From NCBI RefSeq assembly GCF_001194135.2, contig NC_068988.1, positions 77,549,102 through 77,613,101 on the forward strand: DNA of 64,000 nt, written 5' to 3'. Position numbers and translations under genes: made by a program. Shown here piece after piece: positions 26,708 through 37,685 of this stretch. The notes beneath the pieces are model-generated. The model saw nothing but the letters and a program-made list of their open reading frames with translations. It was not told the origin of the DNA and ran no database searches. The DNA comes from Octopus bimaculoides (Eukaryota). The first letter of the stretch is position 1. Every line of letters begins with the position of its first letter.

Positions 26708-28549
26708 TCTTAATATATAAAGCTGAAGTTGTGTGTCTGTGTGAAGCCTTTTTAAAAGTTTATAGAAATCCACATTTTCCACTTTTTCGTAAAACTTTTT
26801 ACATCAATGGAATTTTCTTGATCTGAACTTTCCAGTGCAGTAATTAGATTTTTAAAATTCCGTTTACTTTGTGTGATTTAAGGGAGATTTGGCTGTTGTT
26901 TGTAGCAACTTTTATATTTCTTCCCTTCTACTTGGAACAGCGTTCTTACACACGCGCTCAACAGAGAGAAAAAGTGATACATACAACGTCATAGATTAAA
27001 CTTTCTTCTCTGTATTCTTTACTTATTTTTCATAACATTGATACGTAAAAACACACACAACCACACATAAGTAATCTGTGACAACAACATACACATTGAT
27101 CCCGTTCTCTATCTCCCCCTCTTCCTCTCTTCCTCTCTCGCTCTCTCAAACGCATACATACACGTGCAAGTAAACACAATCATTCACGTTCGTCACTGTG
27201 GCATAACTACAGAGTTGTACCCACCGACTTTGGAAGGTCATAACTTTCAGAAAAATGAATATTTTTTAATGAACTTTTCTATGCATATATTATTTATTAT
27301 GTAGATTCCGAATATACAAAAATGTTCGGTGAAAGTGTTTTTGGAGGGGGTGTGGGACAACTTTCGCAAATTCCACTTAAATTCCTCTTAACTTCCAGGA
27401 AAATGAAACTTTTTCCGTGAAATTTTCTACAAAAATACCTTGATGTATGTACATTTCGAGCATGTAGGAATCTTGAAGGAAACAACTGCAGGTTATATTT
27501 GAGAAGTGTTCCCCACTCGGTGGTGTTTCGGAGCAAGTCGTCCAAATTTGTTTAATTTTTCTCTATTATGTGCATAAGTGCATCCATAGATTTCTAATGA
27601 AGTAATAGGCAGTGAAGAGAAGCCGTCATAAGAAGACTTTTAACTACCTCCATTCCTTTCTCCCCCTCTCTCTACCTCTTCTTCTCTCACTCTCTCAAAC
27701 GCATACACGTGCAAGTACACAATCATTCAGTAAAATATAACTCATGTTCGTCAATGTTTTGTAAATATACCACGATTTTCACCAGGGTGTTTGGGTTAGG
27801 GTTTTAGGGTCAGGCTTAGGGTCTAGGGTTTAGGGTTACGGTTAGGGTTAGGATTAGTGTTACGGTTTTAGGGTCAGGGTTAGGGTTTAGGGTTAATGTT
27901 AGGGTTAGTGTTAGGATTAGGTTTAGGATTAGGGTTGGGTAATCGTGCGGGTGTTAATCTGAAAAATTACAGATATGTGAAAAGTACCGACCCTGCCATC
28001 TATTATAACTTTTGTTGTTCTGTTTAATATATACATAGATCATGCCTCCAAAGAAGAGAGTTTGTTGGGGAAAGAAAGCAACCGGTTTAAAATGACAGCA
28101 ACAGACTGCAGCAATTCACCAAATTCCAGAAGCTATTTTGAATATAATGCAAAATTGTGCATCAACATCTACTGCCCAATCTGATAGAATTCTGGCAGAG
28201 CTGTGTAGCAACAGATCACCAGCAATTGCTTCATCACAAATTGCCGTCCTAGTTCTTGCGAAAAGGGATTACCCTGCTATGTATAATCAGGGCAGCGCAA
28301 AAAGTTGTTTTGCACAAGCATTTCTATAGCCAATTAAATGGATGAAATTTACGTACGCTTAATAATGTTACGCAAAACAGCCTTCAGACTTTCCCTATTA
28401 ATTTCATCGTCTTTTGAATTATGAACATATTTACATCATAAGGGTTTTTTCGCTGTAAGGCTTTCTTTTTTAGTTGATTTTCACCTAGCAAGACTTATCG
28501 TAGATGGCGTAATAAGTCACACCCGGACAAGGTCGGGTTATACTGCTAG
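26708..28549 (+). mobile_element. Non-autonomous Helitron, 1842 bp
   Basis: A|TC start (26707/26708), CTAG|T end (28546-28550), GC-rich hairpin acccgg..tcgggt at 28521-28538, 7 nt before CTAG, no TSD. Confidence 0.88.
27784..27940 (+). repeat. Degenerate (TTAGGG)n telomere-like tract inside the Helitron
   Basis: Mix of ttaggg, tttaggg, tcaggg, ttagga, ttacgg units. Confidence 0.9.
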
Positions 28550-29584
28550 TAGTAAATACAGTTATCTTCTGTATGTTTATTTTAGTGAAAAATTGAGCCC
28601 ATTTCATTCACATTATTGTCACCCACTTGATGGAAACTGAATGAAAAGGCGTATTGTTTGTTTATACATAACATGCAGCTATATACTCAAATATTGTTGC
28701 CTACTGAACGAAAGTGAAGCAAAACAAGTTGATATGTAGATATTTGACAACAACAAAATCTTAGCGTTACTTATGTTAAAGCAATGTGCTCCACTGACTT
28801 TGTTTCTTCATGACTTCCAGAAAAATGGATATTTTTAAATAAAATTTTCTACAAAGATGCTTCATAACTTTTGGAAAATTGAGTATTTTTAAATGAAATT
28901 TCTACTAATGCTTTCCATAATCTGTAAATTACAATTACATCGCAATTTGATGTGAAAAGGAAAATAGTGACCACACATACATGCATACTGAAACACATCA
29001 CAACTCTTTTTGAAATTTCAATTTTCCTTCAATAGATATATGTGATGTGTATCAATATGCATGTGTGCTAACCCACCATTTTTTTTCATTTGGGATGGGG
29101 ACACTTGTGTAGGTATACCAAGCAATGAAGTATTAACTCTTAGTAGAGCACTGGCAAAGCATGCAGCAGTTGAAAATATAAAATTCAGCTATGAGATGAA
29201 ATATTGCAGAGCAGTTATTAGCAGAATGTGCATTTAGTATTGAAAAACAATGATGAATAAATGAAGAATATTGAATGAAAAAAAAACGAAGAAGAAAATG
29301 TAACATAAGTTGTAGTATTAATAGAAGTGGTAGAGATATTTGAGCGTAGAATGTTTACCAAGTAGAAATTCAAATTACAGGTTACTTGTGTTTGTTCATG
29401 CACATAAACTGTAGTCCAGTCACGAACACTTTGCTCCAGCTAGGGCCAGAGGTTACGATTTATCAGTGCTCATGCATTCCAGTAATACATAAGAAATGTA
29501 TTTTTAAGAATTTTATCAAAGAAATGTGTGTGTGTATCCGTGTGTGTATCCGTGTGTGTGTTTATATATATGTATATATAGATG

Positions 29585-29743
29585 TGGGGGGGGGGAGCTA
29601 TGTGGTAAGAAGCTTGCTTCTTAACCACATAGTTATGAGTTCAGTTCTATTGCATGGCACCTTGAGCAAGTGTCTTTTACTATAGCATTGGGATGACTAA
29701 AGCCTTGTTAGTGGGTTTGGTAGACTGAAACTGAAAGAAGCCT

Positions 29744-29745
<2 letters not shown>
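29585..29745 (+). mobile_element. SINE family A, 5' half ending in (TATC)n
   Basis: Similarity to 26203-26360. Confidence 0.8.
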
Positions 29746-29784
<39 letters not shown>

Positions 29785-30190
29785 ATATATATATATATAT
29801 GAATGTATATATGTAATTTGGGGGACTAATGGGTATATGTCAATTAGTGTGTTGAGTTAAGCACATTCACAGTTTGGGGTACCTGGTGTCATAATAATAA
29901 TCGATGAATGAAATGAAAGATAGATGTGGCATTAGTCAAGCAAATGGTACAGCGGGCAAACATCAATGTGACTGTGAGAACTCAATATATTTAGCGGGAC
30001 ACCACTTTATGTATACATGTACCTGATGTGACCCAGACTGCACTAATTGATGCAACACAATTGGATGCACAACGTCTTACCCATAAAGAACAGTCACAGG
30101 AGGGATTGAAACGATCATCACACTGAATAAAGACTAATGCTAAATTCATATTCCACTTCATTCATTGATTATTATTATTACTATTATTAA

Positions 30191-30610
30191 CCTTCACTTT
30201 ACTCATTACCAACCCTCACCTTACTGACAGCATCCCTGTACATGGTTTGCACAGCTCTCACTAACCACTCATCTATCCCTAGTTTCCTCATTGACCATCA
30301 GATAAGGGTTCAGGAGACCCTGTCAAAGGCTTTCTCCATATCAACGAAAGCCAGGTACAGAGGTTTATCTTTGGCTAGGAATTTTTCCTGCAACTATCTT
30401 ACCAGAAATATATCATCAGTGGTGCTTTTCCCTGGCACAAACCCAAACTGCATCTCATCTAGACTGACTCACTCACTAATTAGTTGGGCTGTAACCCTCT
30501 CTGTGACCTTCATTACCAGATCCAACAACTTGATACCTCTGTAATTATTTGTATCAGCAGTTGACTATGGTGCTGCTACACCAGTCATTGGGTACGACTC
30601 CTTCATGTAT
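30191..30610 (-). mobile_element. Inverted RTE RT fragment
   Basis: Reverse complement of 31146-31562 (MQFGFVPGKSTTD, LAFVDMEKAFDRV). Confidence 0.9.
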
Positions 30611-33010
30611 CAGACTGCCAGACGGGAAGCTAGGCGACAGGTTTCTTTAGTCAGAGGGGAAACAGATAAGAAAAAATTGCCAATGTTCTGCGCCGTGAGG
30701 ACCAAAGACTTGAGCTATTTCGTGTTGCAAGACAGTGTGTGAGAGAGAATCATGATGTTGTGGGAGAGAAATGTGTTCGCATGGATGATGGTACGCTTGC
30801 ACTAAACGTGGCTGCAAAGAAAGAGGTATGGAGATACAACTACGAAAGGTTGCTCAATAAAGAGAATGAATGGGAGGAAGAGAGTCTGCCGTATGTCGAC
30901 CCAATAGAGGGACCAGCTATCCGAGTTGACAGNNNNNNNNNNGAATGAATGGGAGGAAGAGAGTCTGCCGTATGTCGACCCAATAGAGGGACCAGCTATC
31001 CGAGTTGACAGTACCATGGTAGATAAAGCAATTAAGAATATGAAGACAGGGAAGGCCCCTGGCCCATCAGGATTCACTGCAGAGATGCTCAAAATATCTG
31101 GCATTGTCGGCTATAGCCTAGTCACCCGTATTGTTAACCACGTGATATACGAAGGAGTCATACCCAATGACTAGTGTAGCAGCACCATAGTCAACTGCTA
31201 CAAAGGTAAAGGTGATGCTTTAGATACAAATAATTACAGAGGTATCAAGTTGTTAGATCAGGTAATGAAAGTCACGGAGTGAGTCATTGCCCAACTAATT
31301 AGGGAGTGAGTCAGTTTAGGTGAGATGCAGTTTGGATTTGTGCCAAGGAAAAGCACTACTGATGCTATATTTCTGGTAGCCAAGGATAAACCGCTGTACC
31401 TGGCTTTCGTTAACATGGAGAAAGCCTTTGACAGGGTCCCCCGATCCCTCATCTGGTGGTCAATGAGGAAACTAGGGATAGAAGAATGGTTAGTGAGAGC
31501 TGTGTGAGCCATGTACAGAGAAGCTGTCAGTAAGATGAGGGTTGGCAATGAGTAAAGTGAAGAATTCTGGGTAAAGGTAGGGGTCCACCAAGGTGCTGTC
31601 CTCAGCCCCCTCCTATTTATCATAGTCCTCCAGTCAATAACAGAGGAATTCAAGATGGGATGCCCCTGGGAGCTCCTCTATGCTGATGACCTTGCACTAA
31701 TTGCTGAGTCGCTATCAGAACTAGAGGAGAAGTTTCAGGTGTGGAAGCAAGGACTAGAATCGAAGGGCCTTAGAGTCAACCTAGCTAAAACCAAAGTCCT
31801 AATAAGTAGGAAGGTAGAAAAAACACAAACCCCTTCAGGTAGATGACCCTACTTGATCTGTAGAAAAGGCATAGGTAGAAACTCTAGTGCAAGCTATGGA
31901 CACATAAGAGGTGCAGCAATATCAAAGGAAGGTTAACTAGGGAGTTAGTTTTTGTATGTAGCAGATGTTCAGGTGCAATAAACACTGTAAATGTGCAGAA
32001 AACAACTTCTGCCACATTCCAGTGAGAAAAACTAGATGTAGTTGATAGCTTCCGCTATCTAGGTGACCAAGTTAGTAGTGGGGGAGGGTGCGCTGAAAGT
32101 GTAGCTGCTAGAATGAGAATAGCCTGGGCAAAGTTCAGAGAGCTCTTACCTCTGCTGGTGACAAAGGGTCTCTCTCTCAGAGTAAAAGGCAGACTGTAAG
32201 ACATATGTACGAACAGCCATGCTTCATGGCAGTGAAACATGGGCCGTGACTGCTGAAGACATGCGTAGGCTCGCAAGGAATGAAGCCAGTATGCTCCGAT
32301 GGATGTGTAATGTCAATGTTCATACTAGACAGAGTGTAAGTACCTTAATAGAAAAGTTGAGCCTCAGAAGCATCAGTTGTGGTGTGCAAGAGAGACAATT
32401 GCGCTGGTATGGTCATGTGGCGAGAATGGATGAGGATAGTTGTGTGAAAAAGTGCCACACCCTAGCAGTTGAGGGAACCTGTGGAAGAGGTAGGCCCAGG
32501 AAGACCTGAGATGAGGTGGTGAGGCACGAACTTTGAACATTGGGCCTCACCGAAGCGATGACTTCTGACCGAGACCATTGGAAATATGTTGTGCGTCAGA
32601 AGACCCGGCAAGCCAAGTGAGACCTAAATCCAAGGCCTCTGCCAGGGATGTAGCCAGCCCACTTACACGTAACATTCGTTCATTGGACACGAAAATCGGC
32701 TTGCAAAGACCTGTTGGGGTAAGCGAAAGCGAAATCGTGATGGCACCTGTGCCCAGCATCACCTTCCTGGCACTTGTGAAAAGACATTCGAGCGAGACCA
32801 TTGCCTGTGCCACTGGACTGGCTCCTGCGCAGGTGGCACGTAAAATACACCATTTTGAGCATGGCCATTGGCAGTGGCGCCTGACTGGCCTTTGTGCCGG
32901 TGGCACGTAAAAGCACCTACTACACTCTCGGAGTGGTTGGCGTTAGGGAGGGCATCCAGCTGTAGAAACTCTGCCAAATCAGATTGGAGCCTGGTGTAGC
33001 CATCAGGTTC
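30611..33010 (+). mobile_element. 5'-truncated RTE LINE: RT domain pseudogene plus 3' UTR, ending in a gap
   Basis: KTGKAPGPSG, NYRGIKLL, MQFGF, EKAFDRVP, HQGAVLSPLLF, ELLYADDL, FRYLG, MLHGSETW, LRWYGHV, GRGRPRKT; several stops. Confidence 0.95.
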
Positions 33011-34070
33011 NNNNNNNNNNNNNNNNNNNNNNNNNNNNNNNNNNNNNNNNNNNNNNNNNNNNNNNNNNNNNNNNNNNNNNNNNNNNNNNNNNNNNNNNNN
33101 NNNNNNNNNNNNNNNNNNNNNNNNNNNNNNNNNNNNNNNNNNNNNNNNNNNNNNNNNNNNNNNNNNNNNNNNNNNNNNNNNNNNNNNNNNNNNNNNNNNN
33201 NNNNNNNNNNNNNNNNNNNNNNNNNNNNNNNNNNNNNNNNNNNNNNNNNNNNNNNNNNNNNNNNNNNNNNNNNNNNNNNNNNNNNNNNNNNNNNNNNNNN
33301 NNNNNNNNNNNNNNNNNNNNNNNNNNNNNNNNNNNNNNNNNNNNNNNNNNNNNNTATATACCAGAGTAAGCTCATAAATGCGAAACAAGGTGGAAAAAAA
33401 AGTACTCAAATACCAGAGGTAGAGTAATATGCTTTATTTAAAAGCAGCAAAAATATAACAAAAAAAGTTTCACATTCCCTTTCATCCAACAGTTTTGTTA
33501 GAAAGGGGAGAGAAATGACGATGCAATCAAAACTAATATAAATTAAAAAACATGGATCTGTTTCATTGGTTGTTTCAAATAACGATCTTAGGTATGCAAT
33601 GAACAAAATAAACAAAACAAATGAATTCAATATAGATTCATCCTATTTTTTTAAAAATCAAAGAAATCCTTAAATTGAAAAGTGGATTCAAAATTCATAT
33701 TGTAAATAATTATATTTGAATTATCGCTCAATTAACACATTAAATTAAAATAAAATTTACGCTGCATTAAATAAAAAATAAAAATTTTACAAGAGTATAT
33801 ATGCATACTAGACTATCTACAGCATACATATATATACATCAAAATACACAGATGCATACGTACAGACAATATATGTATATAGGCATATATTTGTAAAACA
33901 TAAGTACATGCACGAATACACATGTGTACATATACATATATGCATGCAATCATGCTTGCGTACAACTCATTATATATATAGAGATATATATATAAATTAT
34001 GAGTTAGAGGTTTTGCAACCATCTACAGGATAAATGTATCTGTAGGCACTACTGGTGTATTACCTCACTA

Positions 34071-34108
34071 TGTATAGGCCTGTTAACAGTAGTTAACAGG
34101 CCTATACA
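34071..34108. repeat. Perfect 17-bp hairpin with 4-nt loop
   Basis: tgtataggcctgttaac-agta-gttaacaggcctataca. Confidence 0.95.
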
Positions 34109-34219
34109 GTAGATATAGGGTTAGCAGTAGTTGGTAATTTAAACGGTAAACCATGGTTTAATATATTCAGATTTTTTTTTCTTATCTGAATATATATATA
34201 TATATATNNNNNNNNNNTT

Positions 34220-34890
34220 TATACTTCCGACATATGTTTCGAAGAAAGCATTGGTATTATTCCTGAGAGAATAAAATGATGTAAAACAATGCGATTTTCT
34301 CATCAGGGGAAAAAAAGAGAAACAAAATACATCAACAAGCCATTTTAACCAAATGATGAAGGGAATGCCGGCAAGTTATTATTTTTAAAAACCGTTAATA
34401 GATTTTACGTCAAATGCAATTTAGAGAAAGAGAAGGAGGAGAAAGAAAGCAATTAGCAAAAAACCAAAAGTGGAGAAATGTACTGCAATAGATGAATGGG
34501 AATAAAGATTAGAGGCATGGAAATAGATTTATTTAATGGAAATGAAATGTAAGAAGACAGTTAAAGGTGAAATTTTATAGATTAGTAGAAATTACTTAGA
34601 GAAAATAAAGGTATTTTTTGCCAATGTTTGTAACAATAAACACATTCTTTAAACGTGCTTACAAGAGAATTCTCTAAGAACAGGATGAGATAGTGTTCTT
34701 CGTTACAGAGCGGACAAGAAGATTTTCCTTTATCATATGGAAAGGATCTAGATAGTATATTCCATTCTAAATCAAATTGTTTATTATGTTCCTTCAGAGA
34801 CCAAATTAATTTACTAAGCCCAGTATTGTTGCATTTATTGATATGTCTAAATATAGAGTAATGGTTAGATATTCTTTTGGACAACTGAAA
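34220..34890 (-). mobile_element. PLE 3' end: GIY-YIG C-terminal remnant plus pseudo-LTR
   Basis: SKRISNHYSIF...TGLSKLIWSLKE...LEWNIL...CPLCNEEHYLIL on the minus strand; hammerhead downstream. Confidence 0.85.
34224..34311 (-). ncRNA. Type-I hammerhead motif with long stem II and palindromic stem III (GUC site)
   Basis: Minus: ttccc-CTGATGA-gaaaatcgcattg/caatgctttcttc-GAA-ACATATGT-C-ggaag. Confidence 0.75.
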
Positions 34891-34959
34891 TGAAGAACTA
34901 CTTATGTAAAAAAGACGTGAAAATTGGAAGTAATTTTACATTGATTCTATTAATAACAA

Positions 34960-35960
34960 GAAGTGCGCTAAGTTTATCCAGTTCAACATTTCTAGTTACT
35001 ATTCCACTATTAACCCAATTATACTCAACCAAGCACTCTGGTTTGCACACAACACAGCAGGTCTTACCTGGGATGAAATTAATGTGGTGTTAGCTGCCAG
35101 AAAATCAATCATTAAATTTGAAAATAAGCTATGGGTCTGTAAAGATATGCCTTACAGTTTTGATATCACGATGGGAAGTTCCGATTCAGCACAATTGGCT
35201 GATTTGGTCAGTATATATATCCTTTATGCGATGGCTGCCCAATTCCCAAACATCAATGGAGGTTTATATCATGATGATTGTCTACTTTACCTTCAAAATG
35301 TTTCTGACCAAAAATTACAAAGGGTTAAAAATAGGTTGGTTAAATTTTTCTCAACATGGGCGTAAGCATTGTTTTTGATGATGATATAACTAAAGCCAAC
35401 TTTTTGGATATTACCCTTAACCTATATAATGATTCATAATTCCCATACCATAAACCCTCAACTAATTTAAAATATATTAGCTCTTTCAGTAATCATTCAA
35501 AGAAGTTAGAAATATTTCACTTAGACTTTCTAGATTATCTGCTAATGTTTATATTTTCAATGAAAAAACCAAATTTTATGACTCTGCTTTACTTAAAGCA
35601 GGCTATAAAGAAAAAATTACCTGTATTAACCTTATTGACATTAATTCTACCTCTATTAATCAGGACATGAAATCACAGCATAATGGTAATAACAATATAA
35701 ATTTTAGTTCAAATAACAACACTACATCGAAAAATTTAATTTTGCAGCATAAGGGAGATAACTGTTCTTTAAGACCTTTCTATTTTGTTATAAAAGTACA
35801 TCTAGAACTTTTAAAGATAATTACCTTAATAACAAGGTATGTCCTAGTAAAACTTTTCCAGATGGTAAGCAGATCAAATCCAACCTCCCTTACCAGTTTT
35901 GTGAAACTATAGATAAGAATTTCCCAAAAAGTTCAAGATTCCATTCTATTATCACTTCAC
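34960..35960 (+). mobile_element. PLE reverse-transcriptase remnant
   Basis: FIQFNISSYYSTI, WVCK...FDITMGSSDSAQLADLV, GGLYHDDCL, ANFLDITLNL, PYHKP, DKNFPKS. Confidence 0.85.
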
Positions 35961-36158
35961 ACCAAATCAGAGTAAAGATTTGAATTACACCTGCGTTTAA
36001 TTCCATTTCTTTATTTATCTGTTATACAAAAACTTTTCACTAAGCCCTAGAATTTCTACTTTTATAAGTAGGCTGCAACATCCTTGGTACTTATGTGAAT
36101 TTTTTGCTATCCTGGTAACTATTTTTTTTTCTGTGCTATTTGTATACATTGAAAAAAT

Positions 36159-36214
<56 letters not shown>

Positions 36215-36303
36215 ATAGGAAACACAACAAAAGAAAGAAAGAGACCTCAATATTATGTAAATAGAGGAATTTATCTGCAAAAATATGTGATAATTATTTG
36301 TTA

Positions 36304-36373
36304 GCCATGATAAAACTTTGAGTTTCAGATGCCGGGGTGGAAACCCATGCCGCCATCTCTTCAGTTATCTGGC
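36304..36373 (-). ncRNA. Hammerhead motif, partly decayed copy
   Basis: Minus: gccagataa-CTGAAGA-gatg..catc-t-GAAA-ctcaaag-TT-ttatcatggc. Confidence 0.6.
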
Positions 36374-36592
36374 CATTGAAAATTCTTATGAAAATGACCA
36401 CTAAACAAAGGGAAATTACTGTATGGTTGACCGTTATTAAAACAAAAGACCTATTAGAATGACCGCTAAGTAAGGGGAGGGAGTAAAAAAGTTCATAGTA
36501 TTCGCGTAAGCGCATCAATCCGTACATGTGCCCATATGTATATACTCATCCACCCTCACTTAAAACACACACATGCTCACCCAAACATTCGC

Positions 36593-36642
<50 letters not shown>

Positions 36643-37077
36643 CACATGCATATATACATATATATATATATATACATATATGTACATACACACACATATA
36701 TACATATATATACATACATATATATACCCGCATGCACGGGTATACCCGCATACAAACCCACACACACATGTGCGCAACACACTCACACCGAAACAGAAAA
36801 AGTGTGAAAAAGCTATAAGGGCAAAACATGTCTATATGCGCATATTCTCACATGCACGCACATACATCTATATATGCACATACCCGCACACACGCACGCA
36901 TCCACAAGCATGTACGGATTGGTGTGCTTATGCAAATACTATGGACTTTTTTACTCCCTTACCTTTACTCCCTCCCCTTACTTAGCGGTCATTCTAATAG
37001 CTCTTTTGTCTTAATAACTGTCAACCACACAGTAATTTCCCTTCGTTTGATGGTCATTTTCATAGGAATTTTCAATG

Positions 37078-37147
37078 GCCAAATAACTGAAGAGATGGCA
37101 GCATGGGTTTCCACCCCGGCATCCGAAACTCGGAGTTTTATCATGGC
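37078..37147 (+). ncRNA. Type-I hammerhead motif (GUU site)
   Basis: gccaaataa-CTGAAGA-gatg..catc-c-GAA-ACTCGGAGT-T-ttatcatggc. Confidence 0.72.
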
Positions 37148-37199
37148 TACCGAATAATTGTCACATATTATTTACAGATATATACACACATATATATAC

Positions 37200-37492
37200 A
37201 TAGTGGATAGATTCCACTGAAATTAGATAAATAGCCTCCGAACAGACAGTCAGTAGCGCCGCCTGGCTGGAGCTTGGCTGCTCTGCATTGACAAGGGGCA
37301 ACACCCTGAAACTAGTCTGCAGATGCCAAACCAGCAGGGGGAAGCTGCTGACCTCCCCTGTTCGAAGGTTATAAAGGACACAGGTTTTGTGTGTCACATA
37401 GCTAGCTAGAGGCGATGGCTTCTTGGAGCTAATTCACGGCAGCTTTCGTCCTAATTTTGGGACTGCCATGTTGGCTTGGCGATAACTATTAA
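37200..37492 (+). mobile_element. GC-rich unclassified repeat, probable PLE pseudo-LTR
   Basis: Abrupt GC-rich block containing a decayed hammerhead. Confidence 0.55.
37282..37323 (+). ncRNA. Decayed minimal type-I hammerhead (GUC site)
   Basis: tctgca-tTGACaA-gggg caaca ccct-GAA-ACTAGT-C-tgcaga; 6-bp stem I is perfect and all three deviations are transitions (two at CpG). Confidence 0.7.
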
Positions 37493-37654
37493 NNNNNNNN
37501 NNNNNNNNNNNNNNNNNNNNNNNNNNNNNNNNNNNNNNNNNNNNNNNNNNNNNNNNNNNNNNNNNNNNNNNNNNNNNNNNNNNNNNNNNNNNNNNNNNNN
37601 NNNNNNNNNNNNNNNNNNNNNNNNNNNNNNNNNNNNNNNNNNNNNNNNNNNNNN

Positions 37655-37685
<31 letters not shown>

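Larger units (their letters stand above)
36272..37180. mobile_element. Palindromic element: about 260-bp inverted arms (36272-36528 / 36909-37180) around a microsatellite-rich spacer, each arm with a hammerhead
   Basis: Arm similarity visible directly and in the ORF track (36294..36527 - versus 36828..37157 +). Confidence 0.88.

Noticed and set aside
30862-31012. 70-bp tandem duplication within the RTE
   Set aside because: The identical copies flank a 10-N gap, typical of an unmerged contig overlap.
37415-37480. Minus-strand hairpin catggcag-tcc..gga-cgaaag-ctgccgtg resembling an HDV-like ribozyme J4/2
   Set aside because: The nested double-pseudoknot order (P1, P2, P3, P1.1) cannot be built.
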